A stretch of DNA of 64,000 nt from a virus: positions 32,001 to 96,000 of IMG/VR virus record IMGVR_UViG_3300028883_000036. The stretch is one strand, 5' to 3'. The notes under the pieces are model-generated. The model searched no databases. It had not been told where the DNA came from and saw only the letters and a program-made list of their open reading frames with translations. The translations under genes were made by a program, and so were the position numbers. Below, piece after piece: positions 9,643 through 19,638 of the stretch (position 1 is its first letter; each line of letters opens with the position of its first letter).

Positions 9643-10191
9643 CTAATTACCATGTTTTTTTATAAATTCATCTATTTTATCACTACTTAACAATAAAACA
9701 TTATCTCTTATTTTATTCTCACTCCAATTCCACCATTTTATTTGCAATAAAGATTTTATTTGATTATCATTGAATCTCTTTTTAATAATTTTTGCTGGAT
9801 TCCCACCAACAATCGTATACGGTAAAACATCTTTTGAAATTAAAGATTTTGCTCCTATAACAGCACCATCATGTATAGTAACACCAGATAATATCATAAC
9901 ATCTCTACCTATCCATACATCATTTCCAATTATAACATCACCTTTAGTTTTCGGATGCCCTTTTATTTTTTTACATTCATTCCATCCTTTAGATTTATTT
10001 TTGAATTTTCTAAATGGAAATGTTGATACCCAATTTACGTTATGTTCTCCATTTAAAATAATCTTACATCCTCTTGCTATAGAACTATAATTACCTACTA
10101 TAACTTTTTTATCAGTATATGACCATGTTAATATTTCAGGATTACCATAACTATTTATACCTTTTTTTATATATTCATCCATATATACCAA
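9643..10191 (-). CDS. CatB/Vat-like hexapeptide O-acetyltransferase
   Basis: STFPF, IIGNDVWIG, GGNPAKIIKKRF and KWWNW motifs. Confidence 0.9.
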   Translation of the reverse strand: MVYMDEYIKKGINSYGNPEILTWSYTDKKVIVGNYSSIARGCKIILNGEHNVNWVSTFPFRKFKNKSKGWNECKKIKGHPKTKGDVIIGNDVWIGRDVMILSGVTIHDGAVIGAKSLISKDVLPYTIVGGNPAKIIKKRFNDNQIKSLLQIKWWNWSENKIRDNVLLLSSDKIDEFIKKHGN

Positions 10192-10703
10192 ACTCCATTA
10201 TACCCTTTTTTTACATTTGGTATTAATTCATCTACCGCTTTTGTTACTTCAATATCTGAATATTTATTTCTACCATAATCATGACCAGATAAAAGACCAC
10301 CTTTTTTAACTTTAGGACTCCAATTTATTATATCTTGCTTTGCATACTCATATGAATGATTAGCATCAATAAAAATAAAATCAAGATATCTATCAGGAAT
10401 AATCTTTAATGCTTCCTCACTCATACTTCTAATAATAGTAATTCTATCTTCAAATTTTTTCATTCTTTTTTTGAAATTTTTGAATATATTTTCATAATCT
10501 GCTTTAATGAAATTATTACTTTGTAAAGATTTTTTATAATCATCATACATAATCCAAGGATCTACACAATATAGCATTTCAATTGAAGGTAAAAGTTCAA
10601 ATATATTATATGTGAAATCACCTTTCCAAACACCTATTTCAGCCCCAATCTTATGATTATTATCTTTCAATAATTCAGCTAAACAATCCCATCTTTTCTT
10701 CAT
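10167..10703 (-). CDS. SAM-dependent methyltransferase (Methyltransf_24-like)
   Basis: AEIGVWKG, VDPW, FIDANHSYE and GGLLSGHDY motifs. Confidence 0.85.
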   Translation of the reverse strand: MKKRWDCLAELLKDNNHKIGAEIGVWKGDFTYNIFELLPSIEMLYCVDPWIMYDDYKKSLQSNNFIKADYENIFKNFKKRMKKFEDRITIIRSMSEEALKIIPDRYLDFIFIDANHSYEYAKQDIINWSPKVKKGGLLSGHDYGRNKYSDIEVTKAVDELIPNVKKGYNGVWYIWMNI

Positions 10704-11482
10704 TTATTAAAATCCTTTTCAAAAAGTTCTATTGTCTTTGTTTTCCCTCTACTATGATTTCCAGACCATATCAAAAGATCATCTTTTAAATGTGAACTTA
10801 CATATTTTTCTTTTATCTCTCCCCATTTTATATTTTGATCTTTTAGTTCATTATATGCATAATAACAAGATGATTGTCCATATCCTCTTGGTTTATTTTT
10901 CAATGGTATTCTATCAATTACTTCTTTCCATTTGTTCATAAACATTTTACTCTTGGAATTTATTGCATATCCTGATAATGTACCAAATATTTTCTTTACA
11001 TCTTTTTTTCTATACAATCTAAATATCAATGATACATCATTATTCTCTATAATATCAAACAACGGATATAAAGGTTTTCTAATATAACTATCAGCATCAA
11101 TATGCATCATATGTTTTTCTCCATGATTATACTCCATTGCTTCCATTATAGAATTTCTATATCTATCTTCAACAGATATAAATTGCTTCCATAAAACATT
11201 TTCTTTAGCACCATGAACTTTATAAAATTCTATTTCTTTCTTTAATTTTTTTAATTTACCAACAGAAAAGCCAGATTTTTTACTCAAATTTGACATATCT
11301 ATATTTTTATTTAACACTATAAGATTTTTATATATTTTTTCTAAATTAGATATATTCCTATCATTTAAATCTCTAGTTGTAGCTATAATTGTATCTTTCT
11401 CTCCATGTATTTTCTTAAAAGATTCAATAAAAAGTTTACCAAATCCATAAAAACCATCTGTAAAATATGTATGAATTAACAT
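10700..11482 (-). CDS. Putative GT-A glycosyltransferase
   Basis: HIDADSYIRK DxD motif within the glycan island. Confidence 0.6.
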   Translation of the reverse strand: MLIHTYFTDGFYGFGKLFIESFKKIHGEKDTIIATTRDLNDRNISNLEKIYKNLIVLNKNIDMSNLSKKSGFSVGKLKKLKKEIEFYKVHGAKENVLWKQFISVEDRYRNSIMEAMEYNHGEKHMMHIDADSYIRKPLYPLFDIIENNDVSLIFRLYRKKDVKKIFGTLSGYAINSKSKMFMNKWKEVIDRIPLKNKPRGYGQSSCYYAYNELKDQNIKWGEIKEKYVSSHLKDDLLIWSGNHSRGKTKTIELFEKDFNK

Positions 11483-12099
11483 GCAAACCTACTTGGATAT
11501 TTTTCAATCATTTTATTACAAAATTTAATATCATTATCACTCATATGATTTTTATAGTCTCCTATAATTCCCTTTCGTTTTTTATCATTTCTCATTTTTT
11601 CAAACGAATTTTTACTTATTGCTTCTTTTATGATATCATAATCAATTAAAAAACTTATATTTTCACATATATTTTTTATTGATCCAAAAGTATCTTTAAG
11701 TAATTCTTCATAACTGATTATTTGAACATTATTATTATCTATATATTCTTCCCACACTTGATAATATTTCAAAAGATATTCTATACCATATATGCTTTTT
11801 ATAAATGTAGAAATATTTTTTGTAGTAGAATAATCAATTTTACTTTTATTACATTTATCTCTAACTTGATAATAAAAACTAATCATTACATCTTTTGGTT
11901 CTCTATATAAAAAAAGTTTATTTAACTTTCTTCTATTTTTAAAAAATTCTTCTGGTAATAAAATTTCATTATCAAATTTTCTTCTTATAGCAGCAGATCC
12001 AACATGTGACATTCTAACATCATCAATACCAATATCTGTAAAAATATTTTTTAACCAATTTCTGCCACATTTAGGATGCTCTATTATTAAAATATTCAT
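11476..12099 (-). CDS. Sulfotransferase domain protein
   Basis: HPKCGRNW, YREPKDVMISFY, SYEEL, NSFEKMR and RKGIIGDYKN motifs. Confidence 0.88.
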   Translation of the reverse strand: MNILIIEHPKCGRNWLKNIFTDIGIDDVRMSHVGSAAIRRKFDNEILLPEEFFKNRRKLNKLFLYREPKDVMISFYYQVRDKCNKSKIDYSTTKNISTFIKSIYGIEYLLKYYQVWEEYIDNNNVQIISYEELLKDTFGSIKNICENISFLIDYDIIKEAISKNSFEKMRNDKKRKGIIGDYKNHMSDNDIKFCNKMIEKYPSRFAC

Positions 12100-12751
12100 A
12101 AAGTTTATTCTCTCTTATTTTCATTCCATATTTAAATTTATCTCTTATACTCTCAAGATTGCTTCTTTCACTTGGATTAGGCTTTAATATATTATTATTG
12201 ATTTTATCAGTTTCTATTTTCATCAAAAAACCTAAATAAATTCCATATTCACAATGTTCTAAAATTCTATTAAAAATTTTATCATCTATATCAATCAATT
12301 TAAGAAGATTTAAAATTTCTTTATAATAAGGTCTTATATCATATTCATTAAATTCCAATGGTTTTTTGGATAATATATATTCTTCAGTCTTATTCATACA
12401 TTCATCTTTTTCTTCTATAGATATTTCTTCAAAATAATCTGGAAAAATAGATTTATCACTATTTCTGTTTTTCTTTATTGCTCTTATTATATTTTGATTA
12501 ACAAATAAAATATCATCCAATAATATATTAGATGCTATATCTAATTTTTTAATATCTTCTTTTTTAATATCATATATAAATCTACATATATAAATTCTAA
12601 GAATAAGAATTCTCAAAACTGGACAAATATGAAGTGCTGTTGTATCACTCCCATAATTTTTCTTCTTTTTAATTAAATCTCTCTCATGAGTTTTAAGAAA
12701 ATGTTCCAACCATTCATCATCAAATTTACTTTTTATTTTTTTTTCATCCAT
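12071..12751 (-). CDS. Hypothetical protein
   Basis: 226 aa ORF overlapping both neighbours. Confidence 0.6.
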   Translation of the reverse strand: MDEKKIKSKFDDEWLEHFLKTHERDLIKKKKNYGSDTTALHICPVLRILILRIYICRFIYDIKKEDIKKLDIASNILLDDILFVNQNIIRAIKKNRNSDKSIFPDYFEEISIEEKDECMNKTEEYILSKKPLEFNEYDIRPYYKEILNLLKLIDIDDKIFNRILEHCEYGIYLGFLMKIETDKINNNILKPNPSERSNLESIRDKFKYGMKIRENKLYEYFNNRAS

Positions 12752-13652
12752 ATGTCTTATTAGCCCTTTTCTTTTTTCTTCTTTTTATTTCATTTTCAAT
12801 TATAAGTTTTGAATTTCTACCTTCAATTTTTGGTACATGTTCAAATGGTATCCAAGGTGCAAGATGCATAATATTAGTTTCTTGACATATCCCTTCTTTT
12901 CCTGGTTTTCCATTTTCTATTCTCCATTCTTCCATTCTTGCATTTTCTCCAATATGTCTTACCCACCTATATTCACCATGCCCCCCATAAAAATATGCCC
13001 CCATATTTTTTCTTAAATATTCAACATCCTTTTTTTTATCAGGAGTTCTTATAGTATTTGTCATTCTTGCAGGAGCAGTTCTTTTATTTTTATTTTTCAT
13101 TGCTTTTAAACAAATAGGTATTGAAAAACTTGATCTCCAAATAGCAGGTATAAAAGACCATGTTGAATACTGACTTAAAGTTATTCCAGAATCTATTTCA
13201 GGAAATTTAAATTCAGTTAATTTTATATTTGATTTATATTTAGGAATTCTATGTTTAGCAAAAACTATAAGATTTATATCATCTACATTTTCCATTAATC
13301 TTAAAATTCTATCTATTTCAATAGGTCTTTCAAAAATCCAATCATCTTGTAAATTAAAAAAGAAAGGTGTTTTTACCAAATTTAAAGTATAACTTGTTGT
13401 TCCTATTAAACCTAGTGGTGGATTATGATAGTGTATATTTTCTGGTTTAAATATATCTTTTTGATTTTCAGCCCATTTTATTACTTTTTCACTTTCTTTA
13501 GGAATTACAAAATCCTCATGTAATATAAATCTATAATCTCCATAAAAATGAGCAAATTTTAAAAAATGGTCTATTGTATATTTTAATTGTTCCAATCTAC
13601 TTGAAGCAATAACCAAAATATCCATTTTTCTTTTTTCTAATGTATATTCCAT
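12744..13652 (-). CDS. GT2-like glycosyltransferase (paralog of 13659..14657)
   Basis: SSR, ILHED, LQDDWIF and RHIG motifs. Confidence 0.7.
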   Translation of the reverse strand: MEYTLEKRKMDILVIASSRLEQLKYTIDHFLKFAHFYGDYRFILHEDFVIPKESEKVIKWAENQKDIFKPENIHYHNPPLGLIGTTSYTLNLVKTPFFFNLQDDWIFERPIEIDRILRLMENVDDINLIVFAKHRIPKYKSNIKLTEFKFPEIDSGITLSQYSTWSFIPAIWRSSFSIPICLKAMKNKNKRTAPARMTNTIRTPDKKKDVEYLRKNMGAYFYGGHGEYRWVRHIGENARMEEWRIENGKPGKEGICQETNIMHLAPWIPFEHVPKIEGRNSKLIIENEIKRRKKKRANKTYG

Positions 13653-13658
13653 ATTTCA

Positions 13659-14657
13659 TTATTTACCCTTTTTCTTATTTTTTCTTTCTATAATGTCTTG
13701 CATTATTTTGATAGAATTTCTTCCTTTAATTTTTGGAATATGTTCAAATGGTATCCATCTTGCCATATTACTTATAGCAGGATTTTCTTGAGGATTATTT
13801 TCAGTTCCAGGTTTACCGTTATTCATTCTCCAATTTTCCATTCTTGCATTTTCTCCAATATGTCTACAATATCTTGGTTCTCCCCATTGACCCCAAAAGA
13901 AAACACCCATATTTTGATATAAAAAATCCATATCATCTTTTTTATCAGCATTTCTTAAATTGAATGTTATTTTAGCAGGAGCAGTTTTTTTCATACAAGT
14001 TCTTTGATTATTTGCTCTCATTGCATCTATAATAACAGGTTTAATAAAATTTGTTCTCCATAATCCAGGCATTAATTCCCATGTATTATTTAATGTCAAA
14101 TATTGAGGAAATTGAGGAAAATAATATTCTCTAAAAAAAACAGTTTTCCTTGCATGTGGAATAGATAATTTATAAAATAATATATTATTTACTTTTGAAA
14201 CATGTTCCATTATATACATAGCTTTATCTAATTCAATTGGTCTTTCAAATACCCAATCATCCTGCATATATAAAACAAAAGGAGATTTTGCACGTTTCAT
14301 TAAATTGACTAATGCTTGTTCCAAACCTACTGGTGGATTGTTGCAAATTATATCTTCTTTTTTAAAATACCCACTATTTTCAGCCCACTTAACTAATTTT
14401 TCACTTTCTTTAGGAATTACAAAATCCTCATGTAATATAAATCTAAAATTTCCATGAAAACAAAGATATGTTTCTAAATAATGCATAGTCAATTTTAATA
14501 GTTCTGGTCTAGAAGATGAAGTAATAATTACATCACAATCTCTTATAGTATTCCAATCAGTAAGTTTTAAATTATCCATTGTTTTTCTATTTGCAGGTTT
14601 TCCTGAAATATTTTTTCTTCTTTCTCTAGGCATCCAATCTTTCATTTTACCCCCCAT
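13659..14657 (-). CDS. GT2-like glycosyltransferase (paralog of 12744..13652)
   Basis: SSSRPELL, ILHED, MQDDWVF and RHIG motifs. Confidence 0.7.
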   Translation of the reverse strand: MGGKMKDWMPRERRKNISGKPANRKTMDNLKLTDWNTIRDCDVIITSSSRPELLKLTMHYLETYLCFHGNFRFILHEDFVIPKESEKLVKWAENSGYFKKEDIICNNPPVGLEQALVNLMKRAKSPFVLYMQDDWVFERPIELDKAMYIMEHVSKVNNILFYKLSIPHARKTVFFREYYFPQFPQYLTLNNTWELMPGLWRTNFIKPVIIDAMRANNQRTCMKKTAPAKITFNLRNADKKDDMDFLYQNMGVFFWGQWGEPRYCRHIGENARMENWRMNNGKPGTENNPQENPAISNMARWIPFEHIPKIKGRNSIKIMQDIIERKNKKKGK

Positions 14658-15247
14658 ATTTCTCTTATTATTTGAAAAGTTTCTGCATATTCATTTCCTA
14701 TTTGTTGACCTCTAAAACAATTTAATTTTAAAGAAGTTTCTATATCTTGTTTTTTTAAATAAGGAACATATCTATTCAAACATTCTACTTTTTCTTCTAT
14801 ATCATCAAATACAATATATCTATTAGGATTAAAATCTGTAATAAGATATGATATATTAAATGGATGTTCAGCTATTAATATAGAAGATTCATTATTTCTT
14901 CTTAATGCAGAAATACAAGCCTTATTTGCTATATAATGATCTTGATGAAAAGATAAGGATGGTATTATTATTTCATCATATCCATTTATTTTATCATCAT
15001 AATAAGAAACTATATCTTTCATTTTAAGAGTATCCATTATAGAATCATATCCCATAAAAGCTATATCATAAGTAAATTTCATTTCCTTTGATAAATCATT
15101 TACTAAATACATTCTATCATCATTATCATTTATTGCTTGATATATTATATGAAGTGATATTTTTTGTTTTTTGGAAAGTAGAAGATATGTCCAAGATGAT
15201 AATATTTCATCATCAGCATGTGGGGATACAATTAAAACTTTTTTCAT
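14642..15247 (-). CDS. PIG-L/LmbE family N-deacetylase
   Basis: VSPHADDE, HQDH and AETF motifs. Confidence 0.85.
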   Translation of the reverse strand: MKKVLIVSPHADDEILSSWTYLLLSKKQKISLHIIYQAINDNDDRMYLVNDLSKEMKFTYDIAFMGYDSIMDTLKMKDIVSYYDDKINGYDEIIIPSLSFHQDHYIANKACISALRRNNESSILIAEHPFNISYLITDFNPNRYIVFDDIEEKVECLNRYVPYLKKQDIETSLKLNCFRGQQIGNEYAETFQIIREIWGVK

Positions 15248-15840
15248 AACAAAATTTTATCTATAACAGATAATGGTTCAGGTTCACTATATTTTTGAAA
15301 AATTACTTTAAATGGATATTTATCTAAATCCATGTAATTTTTTCCACCAGCACCAGCAATATAGATTTCTCCTTTCAATTTTTTTACTATTTCTATAATT
15401 CTATCATCTGGATTTTCAGCATTAATATCTATTTCAGACGCTTTAACAAAAATAGAATTAAATCCTAAAATATTAGCTATAATTTTTGATAATTCACAAT
15501 TTAATTCTAATAATTTTTTATGTTCCTTTTCTAGTACTTTTTTTATACGTTTCCAGTTACTATTATTTTTACATTTATAGTTCTGTTCTATAGTATTTAT
15601 ATGTTTTTTTACCCATTTATTACCATTAATCTCTATATCTAAAATTTTTTGTCCTAATTTATGTCTTACTGGAACAGTCAACCATTTTATTCCTTGATTT
15701 GTTCTTATCTTATTTCTATTCTGCCATCCATTTTTTTCATACTGAACATTATCAAGAAACACAAATATATCAGATTTGTCTATCTTATCGAAATATCCAC
15801 CCCAAGGAAGATATTGTGGTTGATGTATTGAAATTATCAT
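15244..15840 (-). CDS. WbqC-like protein
   Basis: IHQPQYLPWGGYFDKI, LDNVQY, WQNRNKI, WLTVPV and LSVID motifs. Confidence 0.88.
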   Translation of the reverse strand: MIISIHQPQYLPWGGYFDKIDKSDIFVFLDNVQYEKNGWQNRNKIRTNQGIKWLTVPVRHKLGQKILDIEINGNKWVKKHINTIEQNYKCKNNSNWKRIKKVLEKEHKKLLELNCELSKIIANILGFNSIFVKASEIDINAENPDDRIIEIVKKLKGEIYIAGAGGKNYMDLDKYPFKVIFQKYSEPEPLSVIDKILL

Positions 15841-16388
15841 TTTTCTAAAATCGTAAGTCCATTGTTGTTTTTATAATGTTTTTTTATTTTCCATTCAGTA
15901 GAAGAAACAAATTCATTAACTGCTTGCATAAGTCCTGGTTCAGATTTGTCTTCTCCAATATTACCATATGTTTCCGTATCATGTAAAATAATATATTTTT
16001 TTACTTTATTATTAAATAATTCTAATTCTTTTTTTAATTGCTTATATACATGAAAAGTATCAATAAATAAAATATCAGTTTCATCTATATCAATAGTTAA
16101 AACATCAGCTTGTATAAATTTAAAATCAATATTATTTTTATCTGCCCATTCTTTAAAAATAGGTAAATAAATTTTAAGTCTAGGCAAAATTTTTATATCA
16201 TAACAAGTAAATTTCTTAGGACAACTCAATAACCATGCAGTAGTTGATTCACCCCATCTAACACCAAATTCTGTAACAGTTAATCCCTTACCATATTTTA
16301 TAAGAGTAGGTAAATGTTCTCTTATATCTGAATTATTCTTTCCTAAAAATTGATTATATAATTTTTTAATATTCATATCCATACCCAT
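15837..16388 (-). CDS. SAM-dependent methyltransferase (Methyltransf_24-like)
   Basis: EFGVRWGEST, FIDTFH, ILHDT and NNNGLTIL motifs. Confidence 0.8.
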   Translation of the reverse strand: MGMDMNIKKLYNQFLGKNNSDIREHLPTLIKYGKGLTVTEFGVRWGESTTAWLLSCPKKFTCYDIKILPRLKIYLPIFKEWADKNNIDFKFIQADVLTIDIDETDILFIDTFHVYKQLKKELELFNNKVKKYIILHDTETYGNIGEDKSEPGLMQAVNEFVSSTEWKIKKHYKNNNGLTILEK

Positions 16389-16433
16389 ATCCTCTAAAAA
16401 TTTTAGAATTTTTAATTATTCTATTTACTCTAT

Positions 16434-16982
16434 CTATACAACTGTTTTCCCATTTAATTTGATATCTTCTTTCTGGCTTACATGTTTTTTTATAAACCCC
16501 TTCATATTCTTACTACATAAAAGTTCTATATTTTTTTCAATTTTATTCTTGCTCCAATTCCACCATTTTATTTTTAACAATTTATCTATTATATCTTCAT
16601 CAAATCGTTTTTTTATTAATTTTGCTGGATTCCCACCTACTATGGAATATGGTTCAATATCTTTTGTTACTACCGTTTTTGCAGCTATTACAGAACCATC
16701 ACTTATCTTAACTCCACCCATTATTGTTACACCATGCCCTATCCATACATCATTTCCAATTATAACATCACCCATACTTTTAGGATGCCCTTTAGGAAAA
16801 TTATTACAATTCTTCCAAGATTTTTTAAATTCAGAAAATGGGTAAGTAGTTATCCAATTATAATTATGGCCTATATTTACAACTTGTATATCAGCTATTG
16901 AACAAAATTTTCCAATTATTATTTTTCCTGCACCATCTTCATTTATTTTTACAGCATATGAATATTCACCCATTTTAATCAT
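16434..16982 (-). CDS. CatB/Vat-like hexapeptide O-acetyltransferase
   Basis: IGKFCSIA, TTYPF, IIGNDVWIG and GGNPAK motifs; paralog of 9643..10191. Confidence 0.9.
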   Translation of the reverse strand: MIKMGEYSYAVKINEDGAGKIIIGKFCSIADIQVVNIGHNYNWITTYPFSEFKKSWKNCNNFPKGHPKSMGDVIIGNDVWIGHGVTIMGGVKISDGSVIAAKTVVTKDIEPYSIVGGNPAKLIKKRFDEDIIDKLLKIKWWNWSKNKIEKNIELLCSKNMKGFIKKHVSQKEDIKLNGKTVV

Positions 16983-17737
16983 AATATTCTCCTTTTTACT
17001 AATTCATTTAGAAATATTTCTTTAAATGTAGTCTTCATAATAGATTCTTTAATATACATTCCAAATTCTTTTCTTTTTTTGTTATCTCTCCATTCATCTA
17101 TAACATCTAAAAAATTGTCTTGTGTATATTCTATTATATAAGGAGAATGAAATCCATATCCAATAGTTTTTTCTTGAAACATAACCTTACCCTTACAAAA
17201 AATTAATGCCCCCCTTAAAGGTGTATATTTCCATGAATTACTATTTAGTATATTAATATTAAATTTAGTTCTTTTAATTATTTTGTCTCTTTCTTCACCA
17301 AAAATCTTAAAATTATCAATGTTATATTTTTTTAATATATTCTTCCTTCTATTTTTAACATCAGTAACTCCACCACAAAAAAAGAAATTAATATCTTCTT
17401 CTAATTCATCACCAAAATAATCAAAATATTTAGAATATCCTATAGGTAAATATATATTATTATTTTCGAAAAAATCTAAAACTAAATCATATGAATCAGA
17501 CCATACACTTGGTTGTTCTGTTTGAACAAGAATATTATATCCTCTTGATAATTTATCATATGCAAATCTTCCATGAACAATAATATTAATATTATTAGAT
17601 AATGGTAATCTCTTTGTTTTTAATGCTACCCAATGTGTTTCATATTCACATATTTCTGCTATACTATCTTCTATTGATTTTACTAATTCAATAAAAGTTT
17701 TTCTTCCTCCTGTGCATATTATGTTTACTTTTTTCAT
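16979..17737 (-). CDS. Putative GT-B glycosyltransferase
   Basis: QTEQP, FFCGG..RR and FGEERD..IKRTKFNINI pattern of phage GT-B proteins. Confidence 0.55.
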   Translation of the reverse strand: MKKVNIICTGGRKTFIELVKSIEDSIAEICEYETHWVALKTKRLPLSNNINIIVHGRFAYDKLSRGYNILVQTEQPSVWSDSYDLVLDFFENNNIYLPIGYSKYFDYFGDELEEDINFFFCGGVTDVKNRRKNILKKYNIDNFKIFGEERDKIIKRTKFNINILNSNSWKYTPLRGALIFCKGKVMFQEKTIGYGFHSPYIIEYTQDNFLDVIDEWRDNKKRKEFGMYIKESIMKTTFKEIFLNELVKRRIL

Positions 17738-17738
17738 A

Positions 17739-18323
17739 TTAATGATTTTTCTTAAATATTTCTACTGCTTCAATTATTTTATTCATTTTTTTATCTTTTT
17801 CCCATTTACCATGATCCCCTTCAAATGGATATTTTTTCTTATATTCATCTAATTTTTTACATATTCTAAACGCCATATGATAAGCATTTTTTAGTTTACT
17901 CATAAAAGGCTCTAATTCCTCACATTCAAAATATTTTGCTATTTTATATACTTCAGCATAATATTTTACTAATTCATATCTTTTATAATTATTATCTGGT
18001 TCTTTAAAAAAATTATCTTCAATTATAGGTTCATATTTATATTCAGGTAATTTCTTTACTTCTTCTAAAAATTCTTCGATATAATCTTTATCATTTTCAA
18101 AAAATTCTTTCTGATTATTGTATGTAGGATCATCAAGTTTCTTAAAATCTTCAAGTTTACTAGTAGCATATTTTCCAAGAGGATTACATAACTGTAAATT
18201 CAAATATATATTTTTTATAAGTTTTTTTTCATAGTCTGAAAATGTTCTTTTTTCTTCCCATTTTTTAAATTCTTTATATGTATAAACTAATGCAAGACAT
18301 ATATTATTATTTCTATTGTACAT
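17739..18323 (-). CDS. Hypothetical protein
   Basis: 194 aa ORF in operon. Confidence 0.6.
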   Translation of the reverse strand: MYNRNNNICLALVYTYKEFKKWEEKRTFSDYEKKLIKNIYLNLQLCNPLGKYATSKLEDFKKLDDPTYNNQKEFFENDKDYIEEFLEEVKKLPEYKYEPIIEDNFFKEPDNNYKRYELVKYYAEVYKIAKYFECEELEPFMSKLKNAYHMAFRICKKLDEYKKKYPFEGDHGKWEKDKKMNKIIEAVEIFKKNH

Positions 18324-19362
18324 TTAGAACCTCTTTGAATATTTTTCTTTCGCTTTCAGTTACCTTCTTCCAAGTCCAATTTTCTAATATGGTTTTTCTA
18401 GCATTCATACCCATTTCAAAACATTTTTGTTTATCATTTTTAAAATTCTGTATAAAATTTACAAATTTATTTATTTTAGTACCATTATCCTTATGTATAA
18501 TAAATCCATTGTAATTATTTTTTATAAATTCAGGCATATTACCTATATGATTTGATATAATTGGTTTTCCACATGCAGCAGCTTCTAGAGCAGGATTTGG
18601 TGTTCCATCAATTGTAGAAGCAACAATATAAAAATCAGCTTGATTATAAAATTCTCTCATTTTATTAGGAGAAAGAGCATTTGTATAATTTCTATCATTT
18701 ATAATAAGTTTCACACCTGCTTCTCTACATGCTGGTATAATAATATCCTTTAATCCCTTTTCTTTTATAGGTTTACCAACATATGCGGCAACCAATTGTT
18801 CATTATCTCTTTTTGGTTTGCTTGACATTGGATAAAATATATTTTCATCTACTCCTCTAGTAGCACAAAAAGTTTTTCCATTATAGTGTTTTTTTAAATC
18901 TTCTAATGATAATAAATTATTTGCCCCTATTGCTTCACATCCTTTTGAAAATTTATGAAAATTTGTTTTATTTTGAAATATAGGTTTTACAGTAGGAAAT
19001 CCAGTAACAATAGTTATTATTTTCACATTACCCATCAATCTTTTTACATTCTTTTTAACTAACATAGTATGAAAAAGAAGATATATAAGATCATATTTTT
19101 TTATATTCTGTTTTTGAGAATTAACATAGTTTCTAAATTTATTAAAAAGAAAAACTTCCTTATCATTGTTTATTTGTGTAAATTTTTTAACATCATTTAC
19201 TGTAAAAACATCACTTAGTTTTCTTTCAATCATATCAAATCCTTCATTATCTACTAAATCAAAATCAAATTCATTAGATAAATATTTTTTGATATATTGT
19301 CCACGGACCCATCCCCCCCATCCTTTAACATCTGAAACCAATAAAATCTTTTTTTTATTCAT
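18313..19362 (-). CDS. GT4 glycosyltransferase
   Basis: GVDENIF, YVGK..KEKG, DGTPNPALEAAACGKPII and GNMPEFI motifs. Confidence 0.88.
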   Translation of the reverse strand: MNKKKILLVSDVKGWGGWVRGQYIKKYLSNEFDFDLVDNEGFDMIERKLSDVFTVNDVKKFTQINNDKEVFLFNKFRNYVNSQKQNIKKYDLIYLLFHTMLVKKNVKRLMGNVKIITIVTGFPTVKPIFQNKTNFHKFSKGCEAIGANNLLSLEDLKKHYNGKTFCATRGVDENIFYPMSSKPKRDNEQLVAAYVGKPIKEKGLKDIIIPACREAGVKLIINDRNYTNALSPNKMREFYNQADFYIVASTIDGTPNPALEAAACGKPIISNHIGNMPEFIKNNYNGFIIHKDNGTKINKFVNFIQNFKNDKQKCFEMGMNARKTILENWTWKKVTESERKIFKEVLNVQ

Positions 19363-19624
19363 TAATATCCCTATATTTTACCCCGCCATTTACCATAGCT
19401 CTAACTAAAATAGTAGCCATTTTTCTTAAATCATGTAAACAAATTTCAGGAACATCAATATCTTTTTCATTATCATTTTCTTGATAATTTTTTCTAAATT
19501 TATTTAAATATTCTTCTAATAAAATTATTTCTCCCGTAACTGACAATTTTTTTGAATTAGGCCATTTTTTATCTTGATATTCTCTTTCTTCTGCTATTGC
19601 TTCTAATGCATGTTGTATATCCAT
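19355..19624 (-). CDS. MazG-like all-alpha NTP pyrophosphohydrolase-like protein
   Basis: AIAEEREYQDKKW ... LLEE ... LRKMATILVRAM pattern. Confidence 0.45.
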   Translation of the reverse strand: MDIQHALEAIAEEREYQDKKWPNSKKLSVTGEIILLEEYLNKFRKNYQENDNEKDIDVPEICLHDLRKMATILVRAMVNGGVKYRDINE

Positions 19625-19638
19625 TATATCTCCTTTTT

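Noticed and set aside
9643-16982. CatB/Vat genes as antibiotic-resistance determinants
   Set aside because: They belong to the same hexapeptide family, but their position among GTs and sugar-modifying enzymes points to sugar O-acetylation.
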